A stretch of 64,000 nucleotides of DNA from an uncultured Muribaculaceae bacterium (GCA_964447275.1 CAYURI010000002.1:17197-81196); one strand, 5' to 3'; counted from the stretch's first letter, positions 1 to 9,916 are shown. A program made the numbers and translations. The notes: generated by a model from the letters alone, not told the origin.

Positions 1-87
1 TGCATATGACTATTATAATACATAATTAATCATTGTCAACCCTTTTTAAATGTTGATAGATATAATTTTTATGCTATAATTAAGTAG

Positions 88-1026
88 GTGATTAAAGTGC
101 AAAACGAAGAAGTAAGTTTATTAACAAAATATGGTGAAGATTATACTAAAAAAGAATATATAACTGATCCAGCAATTGCTAGAGATGAAGAAATAAAACA
201 AGCCATTATTATTTTGTTAACTCCAGATAAGAGTGCTATTTTAGTTGGTAAACCTGGTATAGGTAAAACAGCTATAGTTGAAGGAATTGCTTATCGAATT
301 CAAAAAGGCATGGTACCAGATGTTTTAAAAGGTATGCGCCTTGTTAAAGTAAATGTTAGTAGTATTATGGGAACAGCTGTAAGTGGTGGAGCTTTAGAGC
401 AAAGATTAGAAATACTAGTTAGAGAAATCAAAGAAGCTGGCAAAGGGAACTTAATCTTATTTATTGATGAAGTCCACTTATTAATTAATAAAAGTGCTGA
501 AAATAGCATGGACTTTGCTAACATGTTAAAACCTTCACTAGATCGTGGTGACATTAAAATGATTGGTGCTACTACTACGGAAGAATATGAACAATATATT
601 TTAAGAGATCGAGCATTTAATCGTCGTTTTCAAAAAATTGATATAGAGGAAACTAATGTTGAAGATACTGTTAAAATTATGATGGGATCTTATCCTAGGT
701 ATGAAAAACAAACTGGGGTAAAATTTGATTATACAGATTTTGTTAAACAAAGAATTATGAAATTTTTAGTTGAAATGACAACAGAATATAATCGAATTTA
801 TGAAGTTGCTGCTAGATACCCAGACGTTTGTTTAACAGTATTAGCTAATGCTTTCTCATACGCGTTATTTGATAATGAGAAAGTAGTAAAAATGAAACAT
901 ATTTATAAAGCAGTTGTCAATTCTCGTAATATTTATGAAGATGCGAAGAAAAAAGAAATTGAAAAATTTAAAATTGCTTTTAAAGACTTACTTGATGAAG
1001 AAAAAGTTGATTTAACTGAAATTTAA
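88..1026 (+). CDS. Single-domain AAA+ ATPase related to the D1 (NBD1) module of ClpA/ClpB/ClpC (Hsp100). The N domain, middle domain and D2 are absent. The true start is probably GTG at 97, after an AGGTGA RBS.
   Basis: Translation carries the Clp D1 signatures RDEEIKQAI, Walker [41 protein letters not shown] and the sensor [10 protein letters not shown]. It ends right after the D1 small subdomain. It has its own TGCTATAAT promoter and a downstream terminator. Confidence 0.6.
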   Translation: MIKVQNEEVSLLTKYGEDYTKKEYITDPAIARDEEIKQAIIILLTPDKSAILVGKPGIGKTAIVEGIAYRIQKGMVPDVLKGMRLVKVNVSSIMGTAVSGGALEQRLEILVREIKEAGKGNLILFIDEVHLLINKSAENSMDFANMLKPSLDRGDIKMIGATTTEEYEQYILRDRAFNRRFQKIDIEETNVEDTVKIMMGSYPRYEKQTGVKFDYTDFVKQRIMKFLVEMTTEYNRIYEVAARYPDVCLTVLANAFSYALFDNEKVVKMKHIYKAVVNSRNIYEDAKKKEIEKFKIAFKDLLDEEKVDLTEI

Positions 1027-1049
1027 AACCAATGCAAATTGGTTTTTTT
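1026..1049 (+). terminator. Rho-independent terminator
   Basis: AAACCAAT-gcaa-ATTGGTTT stem-loop followed by a T-run. Confidence 0.6.
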
Positions 1050-1067
1050 GTATATCTAAGTAAATAT

Positions 1068-1095
1068 TGTCAGAAATTATTTTGTTTGATATAAT
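1068..1095 (+). promoter_or_regulatory. Near-consensus sigma-A promoter: TTGTCA, 16-nt spacer, TATAAT
   Basis: TTGTCA at 1068-1073 and TATAAT at 1090-1095 sit upstream of an RBS (GAAAGAAGGG) and the ATG at 1121. The track ORF starting at 1067 would overlap this promoter, so the shorter start is preferred. Confidence 0.5.
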
Positions 1096-1120
1096 TATTC
1101 ATGAAAGAAGGGTTTGTTTG

Positions 1121-2269
1121 ATGTTAGAAAAGATTAAAAGAACCATTAAATACTTAGATAAAAAAACTAAAATGATGTTATATGCCATGCTTGGTGTAAT
1201 TGCTTTAATAATAATAATTGCCATCATAGCTAATGTTGCAAAAGGAAGATTATTTTCTTATACTGAAGTAGAAGATAAAATGATTGTTGCTGCAAAAGCT
1301 TATTATGCTGAAGAAGAAAATACCAGCTTACTACCACAAGATGGTGGGGAAGCTATAATTACTGTTAATACTTTAGTAAATGGTGAATATATGAAATCTT
1401 TAACAGCTTTGTTAAAAGGTGGTAAAGATTGTACTGGTGAAGTAAAAGTGTTAAATAAAAGCGGTGTATATACATACTTACCATATTTAAATTGTGGAGA
1501 AGCTTATTATTCAAGTGAGTTATATAATAAAATTATTAATTCAGGTGTAGCTACCATGGGTGATGGGTTATACCAATTAAATAATGAATATGTTTATCGT
1601 GGTCAAAACGTTAATAACTATGTATCATTTGCTAATCGCTTGTGGCGTGTAGTTAAAATTGATGCTAACAATCAAATAATGTTAATTTTATCAGCTCCTG
1701 AAAAAATCACAACCTATGTTTATGATGATAGATATAATGCTGAAAAAGAAAACAACTTTGGTATTAATGATTTTAATGTAAGTCGTCTAAAAGATTCATT
1801 GCTTACTTATTTAGATGGGGTAGATCGAGAAGGTAAAGCTAATTTCTCGGCTGAAGATAAAGCTAAATTGGTTGCTACTTCATTATGCACTGGTAATAGA
1901 GGTGAACAAACAACCTTTGCTGGTGGTAAAGTAGAATGCAGTAAAACTTTAGATAATATGTATATTGGTTTATTGAATTTATATGAATACGCTTTAGCTA
2001 GTTTAGATACTACATGTACTAAGCCAAGTGATCCACAATGTCAAAATTATAATTATTTAGGTTCAATTGGGGTAACAGGTAGCTCTTGGTGGTTAATGAC
2101 TGGTAATGCTGATGTTACTTATGAAGCATACAGAGTAAGAAATACAGGTTTAATAGAAGCTACTAGTTGTAATACTAGATCATCATTAAGACCAACAATC
2201 TTTATTAATAATTTAACATTTTCAACAGGTGGAACGGGAACTGAAACAGATCCTTATACATTAAGATAA
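1121..2269 (+). CDS. Membrane-anchored extracytoplasmic protein of unknown function, with an N-terminal TM helix and Cys pairs in the ectodomain
   Basis: Clean ORF starting MLEKIKRT... with the hydrophobic segment MLYAMLGVIALIIIIAIIANVA. The rest is polar and Cys-containing. A terminator follows. Confidence 0.5.
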   Translation: MLEKIKRTIKYLDKKTKMMLYAMLGVIALIIIIAIIANVAKGRLFSYTEVEDKMIVAAKAYYAEEENTSLLPQDGGEAIITVNTLVNGEYMKSLTALLKGGKDCTGEVKVLNKSGVYTYLPYLNCGEAYYSSELYNKIINSGVATMGDGLYQLNNEYVYRGQNVNNYVSFANRLWRVVKIDANNQIMLILSAPEKITTYVYDDRYNAEKENNFGINDFNVSRLKDSLLTYLDGVDREGKANFSAEDKAKLVATSLCTGNRGEQTTFAGGKVECSKTLDNMYIGLLNLYEYALASLDTTCTKPSDPQCQNYNYLGSIGVTGSSWWLMTGNADVTYEAYRVRNTGLIEATSCNTRSSLRPTIFINNLTFSTGGTGTETDPYTLR

Positions 2270-2293
2270 AAGACTTAAATTAAGTCTTTTTTT
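2270..2293 (+). terminator. Rho-independent terminator
   Basis: AAGACTTA-aat-TAAGTCTT hairpin followed by T7. Confidence 0.6.
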
Positions 2294-2320
2294 ATTATAT
2301 AATATTATTAGGTGATAAAA

Positions 2321-3388
2321 ATGATTAAATCAAGAATGTTAAAAAAAGGCGATAAAGTAGCGATTGTTAGTTTATCAAGAGGGTTATTAGGTGAAAACTT
2401 TATTGAACATGAAACACCAATAGGAATCAAAAGACTGGAAGAATATAGCTTAGAAGTTGTTTTTATGCCTAATTCTTGTAAAGGAATGAAATACACAGAA
2501 GAACATCCAGAAGATAGAGCTAAAGACTTAAAAGATGCTTTTTTAGATAAATCAATCAAAATGATAATGTGTGCAATAGGTGGAGAAGATACTTACAAAA
2601 CATTACCTTATCTAATGGAAGATGATGAATTTAAAAAAATAGTTTTAGAAAATCCTAAAATATTTATCGGCTTTTCTGATTCGACAATAAATCATTTAAT
2701 GTTTAATAAACTGGGCTTAAATACTTTTTATGGTCCATGTTTTTTAATTGATTTATGCGAATTAGATAATGAAATGTTGCCATATACTAAATATTGGTTT
2801 GAAAAACTATTTAGTAATGAAGATAATTTAGAAATAGAATCAAGCCCTATTTGGTATAGTGATAGGGAAGACTATTCACCTAAACAATTAGGCGTAAAAA
2901 GAATTTCTCATGAAGAAAGCCGTGGATATGAAGTATTATATGGAAGCGGTAAAGTAGAGGGTAAACTAATTGGTGGTTGTATTCAAAGCATTTATAGAAC
3001 AATATGCTCTGATGACAAACAAGCAGCAATATATACTAAATATGATCTATTTTCTAAAGCAGATGTTAAAAATGAAATACTATTTTTAGAGACAGATGAA
3101 TCAAAAATTAAGCCCGAAGAATTAAATAAGATATTAGTTAGTATGAAAGCCAAAGGCTTATTTGATGAAGTAAAAGGAATAATAATTGGTAAACCAATTG
3201 ATGAAATATATTATGAAGAATATAAAACCGTTTACAAAGCATTTTTTAGTAAACTAAATATACCAACTTTGTATAATGTAAACTTCGGTCATGCAGTACC
3301 TAGATGCATAATTCCATATGGATTAAATGCTTCTTTAGACTTAGATAATAAGAAAATAATGATATTAGAAAGCTTTTTTGAAAAGTAA
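2321..3388 (+). CDS. LD-carboxypeptidase / peptidase S66 family (LdcA/MccF-like)
   Basis: Start ATG at 2321 after AGGTGA. The N-terminal KKGDKVAIVSLS motif resembles the G(D)xIxxxAPSS nucleophile region of S66 peptidases. Size is about 355 aa. Confidence 0.45.
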   Translation: MIKSRMLKKGDKVAIVSLSRGLLGENFIEHETPIGIKRLEEYSLEVVFMPNSCKGMKYTEEHPEDRAKDLKDAFLDKSIKMIMCAIGGEDTYKTLPYLMEDDEFKKIVLENPKIFIGFSDSTINHLMFNKLGLNTFYGPCFLIDLCELDNEMLPYTKYWFEKLFSNEDNLEIESSPIWYSDREDYSPKQLGVKRISHEESRGYEVLYGSGKVEGKLIGGCIQSIYRTICSDDKQAAIYTKYDLFSKADVKNEILFLETDESKIKPEELNKILVSMKAKGLFDEVKGIIIGKPIDEIYYEEYKTVYKAFFSKLNIPTLYNVNFGHAVPRCIIPYGLNASLDLDNKKIMILESFFEK

Positions 3389-3442
3389 TTAGTAATAATT
3401 GCTTTTTTTATGCCTAAAAACCTATGCTTTTCCTCTAAAGTG

Positions 3443-3451
3443 TGCTATAAT
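3443..3451 (+). promoter_or_regulatory. Extended -10 promoter element TGCTATAAT upstream of typA
   Basis: TGnTATAAT motif about 30 nt upstream of the typA start. Confidence 0.4.
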
Positions 3452-3483
3452 TCTCAGGTGCGAAAAGAAGTGGAAAAAAGAAT

Positions 3484-5295
3484 ATGAATATTAGAAATAT
3501 TGCAATTATTGCTCACGTTGACCACGGTAAAACAACTTTGGTTGATCAATTATTAAAAAAATCAGGAACTTTTAGAGATAATGAAGAAGTTCAGGAAAGA
3601 GCCATGGACTCTAATGATTTAGAAAGAGAACGTGGTATAACTATTTTAGCTAAAACTACAGCGATTAATTATAAAGGGTATCGTATTAATATTTTAGATA
3701 CTCCAGGACACGCTGATTTTGGTGGTGAAGTGGAAAGAATCATGAATATGGTGGAAGCCGTTATTTTAGTTGTGGATGCTTATGAAGGAGCTATGCCTCA
3801 AACTAGATTTGTTTTAAAAAAAGCTTTAGAAGCTGGTGTTAAACCAATAGTTTTTATTAATAAAGTTGATAAACCAACAGCACGAATTAGTGCAGTAGTT
3901 GATGAAATAATTGATTTATTTATTGAACTTGGTGCTAATGATGATCAATTAGACTTTAAAATTGCTTATGTATCAGCATTAAATGGTACAGCTAGTTTGG
4001 ACCCTGATATCAATGCTCAGAAAGAAGACTTTGATGAAATATTCAAACTTATTATTGATGAAACTCCAGCTCCAGATGTTGATGCTAGTAAACCATTACA
4101 ATTTCAACCAGCTTTACTTGATTATAATGATTATGTTGGTAAGATTGGTGTTGGAAGAATAAAATCTGGTAAGATGAAATTAAATGAGATGGTTTCTTGT
4201 GTAAGATTAGATGGATCAATAAAACAATTTAGAATTCAAAAATTATTTGGTTTTATTGGTTTAAAAAGAATTGAAATTGAAAGTGCTGAAGCCGGAGAAA
4301 TTGTTGCGATTGCTGGTCTTCCTGATTTACAAGTTGGTGAAACAGTATGTAATGTTGGTAAAGAAGAAGCTTTACCAATCCTTCGCATTGATGAACCAAC
4401 CCTACAAATGAATTTCATGACTAATAATAGTCCTTTTGTTGGTAAGAGTGGTAAATTATTAACAGCTAGTAAAATTAGTGAGAGACTATTTAAAGAAACT
4501 CAAAAGGATGTCTCTTTGAGAGTAAAAGAAGCTGGTAATGATGCTTTTACAGTATCAGGTAGAGGTGAACTTCATTTAGGCATTTTAATTGAAAATATGC
4601 GTCGTGAAGGCTTTGAGTTACAGGTTTCTAAACCAGAAGTAATTATTAAAGAAATAAATGGTATTAAATGCGAACCATATGAAGAAGTTCAAGTTGAAGT
4701 TGCGGAAGAATATGTAGGGAATGTTATTGAAGCTTTAGGAACACGTGGTGGCAAAATGGATTCCATGTCTAACTTTGAAAAACAAATTAGACTTATCTAT
4801 ACCATTCCATCTCGTGGTTTAATTGGATTTACGACTGATTTTATGACTATGACAAAAGGGTATGGCATAATTAATCATAGTTATAAAGAATATTTACCAA
4901 TGGAAACTATTAATGTTGGGGAAAGAAAACTAGGTGTTTTAATATCTACTGAAAATGGTAAAGCAACAGCTTATGCCATTGGAGCTTTAGAAGACAGAGG
5001 TATCATGTTTATTGAACCTGGTACTGATGTTTATGAAGGCATGATAGTTGGTGAATGCAATAGAGAAGATGATCTAGCAGTAAACGTTGTTAAAGGCAAA
5101 CAATTAACTAATACTAGAGCAGCTTTTAGTGATTCAACTGTTGTATTAAAAAGACCAAGAAAATTATCACTTGAATATTGTCTAGATTATATTAATCAAG
5201 ATGAGTTAGTTGAGGTTACTCCAGCAAGCATCAGAATGCGTAAAAGAATATTAGGTACTGAATTAAGGAAAAAATACGATAGCAAACAAAAATAG
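3484..5295 (+). CDS. typA: Translational GTPase TypA/BipA
   Basis: [25 protein letters not shown]1 motif, [12 protein letters not shown] and a 603-aa EF-G-like architecture. Confidence 0.9.
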   Translation: MNIRNIAIIAHVDHGKTTLVDQLLKKSGTFRDNEEVQERAMDSNDLERERGITILAKTTAINYKGYRINILDTPGHADFGGEVERIMNMVEAVILVVDAYEGAMPQTRFVLKKALEAGVKPIVFINKVDKPTARISAVVDEIIDLFIELGANDDQLDFKIAYVSALNGTASLDPDINAQKEDFDEIFKLIIDETPAPDVDASKPLQFQPALLDYNDYVGKIGVGRIKSGKMKLNEMVSCVRLDGSIKQFRIQKLFGFIGLKRIEIESAEAGEIVAIAGLPDLQVGETVCNVGKEEALPILRIDEPTLQMNFMTNNSPFVGKSGKLLTASKISERLFKETQKDVSLRVKEAGNDAFTVSGRGELHLGILIENMRREGFELQVSKPEVIIKEINGIKCEPYEEVQVEVAEEYVGNVIEALGTRGGKMDSMSNFEKQIRLIYTIPSRGLIGFTTDFMTMTKGYGIINHSYKEYLPMETINVGERKLGVLISTENGKATAYAIGALEDRGIMFIEPGTDVYEGMIVGECNREDDLAVNVVKGKQLTNTRAAFSDSTVVLKRPRKLSLEYCLDYINQDELVEVTPASIRMRKRILGTELRKKYDSKQK

Positions 5296-5316
5296 ACGAA
5301 AAAGTCTATTTTTTAG

Positions 5317-5325
5317 TGGTATAAT
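5317..5325 (+). promoter_or_regulatory. Extended -10 promoter element TGGTATAAT
   Basis: TGnTATAAT lies after a weak hairpin/T-run at 5293-5316 and upstream of the 5418 gene. Confidence 0.35.
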
Positions 5326-5417
5326 ATAGAAAAGCAACCATAAGTTTACAAAAAACAACCAAAAGTTGGTAGTTGCTATTTAAAATAAATTATAAAATTG
5401 TGGCGAGGTGAAAGATT

Positions 5418-6938
5418 ATGGATTTTGGAAGTAAATTACAAAACTTAAGAAAAGAAAAGAAACTATCCCAAGAACAGCTTGCTGAGAAACTTAGTGTTTC
5501 AAGACAAGCAGTATCAAAGTGGGAATCAAACCAATCTTATCCAGAAATGGAAAAATTAATTGAAATGACAAAAATATTTGGTTGTACATTAGATGATTTA
5601 ACCAATAATGAAACAACATCAGAAAATATTAGTCAAGCTAAACAAAAAAATCCCGTAAACGATATTATTAATGATATTACAAGTATTATTAATAAATCTA
5701 TTAATATGTTTACTGATATGAAAGGAGATGACATATTTAAATTAATATTTGTCATGTTCTTAGTAGCAGTGGGTATAAGTATATTAAAATGGCCAATCGA
5801 TGAATTCTACGAGTTATGTGTTAATATCTTTGTTAACTTTGGCTCTGTAGCCGAAAGAATATTATCAAGTATAGTTTACTTAATATTAAATGTTACTTAT
5901 ATATGTGGAGGATTATTATTATTTTTCTATATATATAAAACCAAGTATTTAGATAAATATGATACTAATAAAAAAGAAGTAAAAGAAACTGTTGTAGAAG
6001 AAATTAAAAATGAAGAAATTAAAGTAGAAAAAAAAGCAGAAGTGGTAGAACCTAAGAAAGATACTACTAAGAGTTGGACAATATTTAAAGTATTAGGCAA
6101 AATAGTTATGTTTTTTGTAAAAATGATTGCTTTATTTATGTCTATCCCATTTATTTGTTCATTTATTATATTTACAACCATCTTAGTTGTCGCAGTATGG
6201 TTAATTATTAAAGGCGTTGTTATAATTGGTGTAATAGCTTTAATGTTATCATTCTTATTATTAATAGGTGTAGTATTAGAATTAATATTTGATTTAATAT
6301 TATCAAGAAAACCAGCAGCCAAAAGAATATTTATTAACTTCATTTTAGGTTTATTCTTATTTGGAGCAAGTATAGGTATATTATCAATTGAAGTAACTGA
6401 TTATAAATTTTATAATGAAATACCAGTAGGTTATAAAACCAAAATAATCACAGAAGAATTTGATTTTGATAAAGATTTATATATATCTGATTATAATATT
6501 GAATATGTTGAAGACAATACTTTAAAAGATACATTTAAAGTTGAAGTAGAATATTATGATGGCTTATCAAAACCTTATATTAGTTTAAATAATGATTATT
6601 TAAATATTTATAGTGCTGATGATGAATGGAACTTTGATGTTGTTGATAACTTTATAATTAATTTAAAACATCATAAAATATATAATTATGCGTTATTAAC
6701 AGATTATAAAATAAAAGTATATATATCAAAAACAAACTTAGATATAGTAAAAAACAATATTTATGAAGAAGAAGCTATAGAAGATAATTACGATTCAGAA
6801 ATTACTTTCTATGAAGAAAAGATTGCTGAGTTGGAAACTGAAATAGATAATTTAAATAGTAACCAAGATGACAGATTAAATGAGTGCCAAGATAAATTAG
6901 CAGAATATCAACAAACTCTAGAAGATTTACTTAACTAA
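5418..6938 (+). CDS. XRE-family (Cro/C1) HTH DNA-binding domain fused to a polytopic membrane region and a C-terminal coiled coil
   Basis: N-terminus LSQEQLAEKLSVSRQAVSKWESNQSYPEMEKLIEMTKIF is a typical HTH_3. Several long hydrophobic helices follow. The C-terminus is heptad-like (EEKIAELETEIDNLNSNQDDRL...). Confidence 0.6.
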   Translation: MDFGSKLQNLRKEKKLSQEQLAEKLSVSRQAVSKWESNQSYPEMEKLIEMTKIFGCTLDDLTNNETTSENISQAKQKNPVNDIINDITSIINKSINMFTDMKGDDIFKLIFVMFLVAVGISILKWPIDEFYELCVNIFVNFGSVAERILSSIVYLILNVTYICGGLLLFFYIYKTKYLDKYDTNKKEVKETVVEEIKNEEIKVEKKAEVVEPKKDTTKSWTIFKVLGKIVMFFVKMIALFMSIPFICSFIIFTTILVVAVWLIIKGVVIIGVIALMLSFLLLIGVVLELIFDLILSRKPAAKRIFINFILGLFLFGASIGILSIEVTDYKFYNEIPVGYKTKIITEEFDFDKDLYISDYNIEYVEDNTLKDTFKVEVEYYDGLSKPYISLNNDYLNIYSADDEWNFDVVDNFIINLKHHKIYNYALLTDYKIKVYISKTNLDIVKNNIYEEEAIEDNYDSEITFYEEKIAELETEIDNLNSNQDDRLNECQDKLAEYQQTLEDLLN

Positions 6939-6984
6939 AACACTTGAAACATAGTGTTTTTTTTGATATAATCTCCTTACTTAT

Positions 6985-7061
6985 GGCGGCCATGGTGAAG
7001 TGGTTAACACGCCAGGTTGTGGTCCTGGTATGCGTGGGTTCGATCCCCACTGGTCGCCCCA
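6985..7061 (+). tRNA. tRNA-His (anticodon GTG) with genomically encoded G-1 and CCA
   Basis: Hand-folded cloverleaf. Acceptor GCGGCCA/TGGTCGC with G-1:C73. Anticodon stem CCAGG/CCTGG with loop TTGTGGT. T-arm GTGGG-TTCGATC-CCCAC. 3' CCA encoded. The track ORF 6944..7126 across it is spurious. Confidence 0.88.
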
Positions 7062-7070
7062 TTAAGAGAG

Positions 7071-7108
7071 TAAACGAACCATCCTATTGGAAGGTTCGTT
7101 TTCTTTTT
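7071..7108 (+). terminator. Rho-independent terminator after tRNA-His
   Basis: AACGAACC...GGTTCGTT stem followed by TTTTCTTTTT. Confidence 0.55.
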
Positions 7109-7143
7109 ATAAAAAATGATATATAATTTAAGTGGGTGATAAT

Positions 7144-7530
7144 ATGAAATTGGCTTCCATTGTTATTGATTCTAATAATGCTGAAGACTTATCAGAATTT
7201 TATAGAAAATTATTAGATTGGAACAAAAAAATTTATAGTCATGGCGAAGACGGTGAGTGGATTGCTTTGTCAAAAAGTGATGAAAGCACAACGCGCTTAG
7301 TTTTTCAACAAATAGAAGGTTATGAAAAACCATCTTGGCCTGAAGAATCTGGCAAGCAGCAACAGATGTTACATTTAGATTTTTATTCTGATGATGTCGC
7401 TGATAGTGTTAAGCATGCAATTGCTTGTGGCGCAAAACTGGCTGAATATCAATCTGGAGACTGGCAAGTCTTAATAGATCCAGCAGGGCATCCTTTTTGT
7501 ATAATTCCCACAAGAATAAGAAAAGATTAA
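7144..7530 (+). CDS. VOC/glyoxalase-bleomycin resistance family protein
   Basis: About 128 aa with a beta-alpha-beta(3) VOC-like pattern (SIVIDSNNAEDLSEFYRKLLDW ... HLDFYSDDVADSVKHAIACGAKL). ATG at 7144 after an RBS. Confidence 0.5.
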   Translation: MKLASIVIDSNNAEDLSEFYRKLLDWNKKIYSHGEDGEWIALSKSDESTTRLVFQQIEGYEKPSWPEESGKQQQMLHLDFYSDDVADSVKHAIACGAKLAEYQSGDWQVLIDPAGHPFCIIPTRIRKD

Positions 7531-7623
7531 ACACCAAACATTTGCCTTTATCGCTAAAATATAATATATTATTCTTATGAATCAAATGTTAATTTTTAAT
7601 TAGATGTATTTGAAGGGATCTTT

Positions 7624-8439
7624 ATGATAGATAGAAGTAAAATATGGAAACAAAAAATTATAACACCGACTGAAGAGCAAGCCACAATGGAAGAAGTATT
7701 TATTACTCGAGCTGTCGAAGAAACTGAAGCCTGTTTAGAAAGCTATTTAAGCTTACCTTCATCTATGGGTGGGCATTATATAAACTCGGATTTATTTAAA
7801 GAAGTGTTTCCTGAATATCGAGAAAATGTGGAAACAAGAAGAAAATATGCTGAGGTTGTACATAATTCAGCAGCAGTCTTAGCAAATGAAATGTTTATTA
7901 GAAATGCTAGAGATGAAAAAGTTAAAGAATGTATTTTTTTAACAGGAGTCCCAGGAGCGGGGAAAACATTTTTTATTCAATCATTATATCTTTCTGGGCA
8001 AGTACCTGAAGATGTAATGATTTATGAAGGCGATATAACAAACGAAACTATTAAAGAAAAAATAAGACTTGTTATCGAGAATAACAAAAGGGTGCATATT
8101 ATAGTAATTAATCCGACATTGGAATTAGCTATGAGTAATGCTATAAATAGAGCTCTAGAAATAGGTCGAGGAGCAAGTTGCGCTACAATTGCAAGAATAA
8201 TGAGCTCTTTACCAATGGCACTTGATGATATTATAAGAATGTGTAATGGTAATTTAAGCTTAGGCATATATAATAAGACGGCAAATGATGTTATTGAGTT
8301 TTTTGTTGGTTTTGATAATTTGTACTTATTAGAGTGTGGCACTTATGACGAAATAAAAGAAAGACTAGAGGCTATAAGATTAGAAATACTTAAAAAAAAA
8401 AGGAGAGTGATGGCTTATCAAACCGAATGTGTTAGTTGA
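7624..8439 (+). CDS. P-loop NTPase/kinase-like protein (Walker A GVPGAGKT), possibly zeta-toxin/AAA_33-like
   Basis: Walker A at residues 108-115 after a roughly 100-aa N-terminal region. No other recognisable domain. Confidence 0.3.
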   Translation: MIDRSKIWKQKIITPTEEQATMEEVFITRAVEETEACLESYLSLPSSMGGHYINSDLFKEVFPEYRENVETRRKYAEVVHNSAAVLANEMFIRNARDEKVKECIFLTGVPGAGKTFFIQSLYLSGQVPEDVMIYEGDITNETIKEKIRLVIENNKRVHIIVINPTLELAMSNAINRALEIGRGASCATIARIMSSLPMALDDIIRMCNGNLSLGIYNKTANDVIEFFVGFDNLYLLECGTYDEIKERLEAIRLEILKKKRRVMAYQTECVS

Positions 8440-8553
8440 AAATTTAATGAAATCAGGAGCAAAAATAGCAAAAATCGCCGCCATAAATAAAAAAATATTA
8501 GCGAGTATAAAGACTTTAGCAAATTTTTAAAAAAGGGAGGGCACAAAGAAATA

Positions 8554-8970
8554 ATGACAAATATAAACAAAATTATCAATGAAAAAAAAGAATATAAAAT
8601 TAGAATAAGTGATTACGAGGAATATATAAAAATAAATGGTATAAAACGAGCCAAATGTCCCCAAGCATTGGAAGTTAGAGATAAAACAGCAATTTATTAT
8701 ATCATTGAACAAAATGGAGATTTTGTTGATGACTTTTGTATATTTATTGCTGAAAATTGGATAACGTTAGATGAAAGATTATATTTAGATGATCAAATTA
8801 CAAAAAGTGTCATTGATTTTATTAAAAATGATTTTAAATATATTATATTTTATATCCCAGAAAGAGATGAAGACCTTTTAGAGGCAATAAAAAATAAATA
8901 TTCGAATTTAGAGGTAACTGAAACTAAACAAGGTGAATATAAATTTTATAAAGTAAAAATGTTATTATAG
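8554..8970 (+). CDS. Hypothetical protein
   Basis: ORF with a good RBS (AAAGGGAGGG). No motif recognised. Confidence 0.35.
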   Translation: MTNINKIINEKKEYKIRISDYEEYIKINGIKRAKCPQALEVRDKTAIYYIIEQNGDFVDDFCIFIAENWITLDERLYLDDQITKSVIDFIKNDFKYIIFYIPERDEDLLEAIKNKYSNLEVTETKQGEYKFYKVKMLL

Positions 8971-9033
8971 TGATAAAAAGGATTAATATTTTAATTCTTT
9001 TTTTATTATGTTAAAATAAAAATAGAGGTATTT

Positions 9034-9510
9034 ATGAATAATATTAGAGTTAGGGCAATTATATTTATAGAAAATGGAATCATATTAATACATAGAAAAA
9101 GAGAGGTTAATGGAGAAATAAAGGAATATTATCCATTACCAGGTGGCGGTATAGAAGATGGGGAACCCTTAGAAGAAGCTTTATACTGAGAAATAAAGGA
9201 AGAATTAGGAATTGTTGTTAAAATCAACAAACAAATATATAAGATAATTGACGATACCTCAGTTCAACATATTTTCCTTTGTGATTATATAAGTGGTGAA
9301 ATTGGTACTGGAATAGGACCAGAGTTTAATAGTTCAGAATATCAAAAAAGAGGAAAATACATGCCAGAAATTATAAATACAAAAGATTTAAAAAATACAA
9401 ATATGGTTCCTACAGAATTAAAAGAACAATTCTTAAAAGATCTTGATAATAATTTAATCAAAAACACTAATTATCAAGAAATAAAGATTATAAATACAAT
9501 TGCAATGTAA
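9034..9510 (+). pseudogene. NUDIX hydrolase gene interrupted by an in-frame TGA that replaces the conserved Nudix-box Arg
   Basis: The frame reads MNNIRVRAIIFIENGIILIHRK...YPLPGGGIEDGEPLEEALY*EIKEELG. That is a Nudix box GX5EX7[R]EUXEEXGU with TGA (9187-9189) where the invariant Arg (CGA) belongs. The ORF continues in frame to TAA at 9508. This is why it is missing from the ORF track. Confidence 0.6.
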
Positions 9511-9524
9511 TAAAAGGAGTACAC

Positions 9525-9863
9525 ATGAATATAAATATTAGTAAAGTAAAAATAATAACAACATCACCAGTAGAAAATGTTGATGAAATATTAAAAGTAT
9601 TAGGAGATGCTGGCGCTGGTATAATAGGGAATTATAATTACTGTAGTATGCAAACCAACTCTATTGGAACATTTATGGGTAATGATAATTTTAATCCTTA
9701 TATTGGTGAAAAAAATAAACTAGAAAAAGTAAAAGAAATAAAGATTGAGATGCAATGCGATATAGATAAAGTAAAAGCAGTATTAAAAAAATTAAGAGAA
9801 ATACATCCATATGAAGAACCGGCTATTGATATTATTCCTTTAATTGATGAAAAAGAATTATAA
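9525..9863 (+). CDS. Small PII/CutA-like fold protein (CutA1-like?)
   Basis: 112 aa. The C-terminal motif IHPYEEPAIDIIPL resembles the HPYEVPE of CutA1. Assignment is tentative. Confidence 0.3.
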   Translation: MNINISKVKIITTSPVENVDEILKVLGDAGAGIIGNYNYCSMQTNSIGTFMGNDNFNPYIGEKNKLEKVKEIKIEMQCDIDKVKAVLKKLREIHPYEEPAIDIIPLIDEKEL

Positions 9864-9907
9864 TAAGGGTCTTATAGAAATATAAATCCCTGTAAACCCT
9901 TAAAAAG

Positions 9908-9916
9908 TGCTATAAT
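9908..9916 (+). promoter_or_regulatory. Extended -10 promoter element TGCTATAAT
   Basis: TGnTATAAT about 120 nt upstream of the 10035 gene. A CTGTTTT-tat-AAAACAG hairpin (10003-10019) lies between it and the RBS. Confidence 0.35.

Noticed and set aside
300-554. Antisense ORFs nested inside large genes. Examples: 300..554, 2308..2559, 4236..4418, 5927..6343, 8022..8342, 14539..14754, 23627..23851, 37645..38183, 38924..39409, 40349..40639, 53786..54070 and 55248..55577. Same-strand alternative-frame ORFs inside the 42281 gene (42498..42698, 43902..44105).
   Set aside because: They fall inside well-supported CDS with recognisable protein motifs. They have low-complexity, frame-shadow compositions (Leu/Ser/Ile-rich) and no RBS. 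They are typical of AT-rich shadow ORFs.
1067-1120. Upstream extensions of track ORFs, such as 1067..1120, 2312..2320, 24993..25028, 41526..41597, 53729..53746 and 33643..33690
   Set aside because: The extensions run through recognisable promoters or RBSs, or start on GTG/TTG inside the Shine-Dalgarno sequence. The downstream ATG with proper RBS spacing was preferred.
5296-5417. Possible structured leader RNA (AGCAAC...GTTGCT / AACCA-aaag-TGGTT) upstream of the XRE-HTH gene
   Set aside because: The stems are short (5-6 bp) with long loops. This is not distinguishable from chance in AT-rich sequence without covariation evidence.
6944-7126. 60-aa ORF in the six-frame track
   Set aside because: It lies entirely across the tRNA-His gene and its terminator. 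It has no RBS and is a translation artefact.
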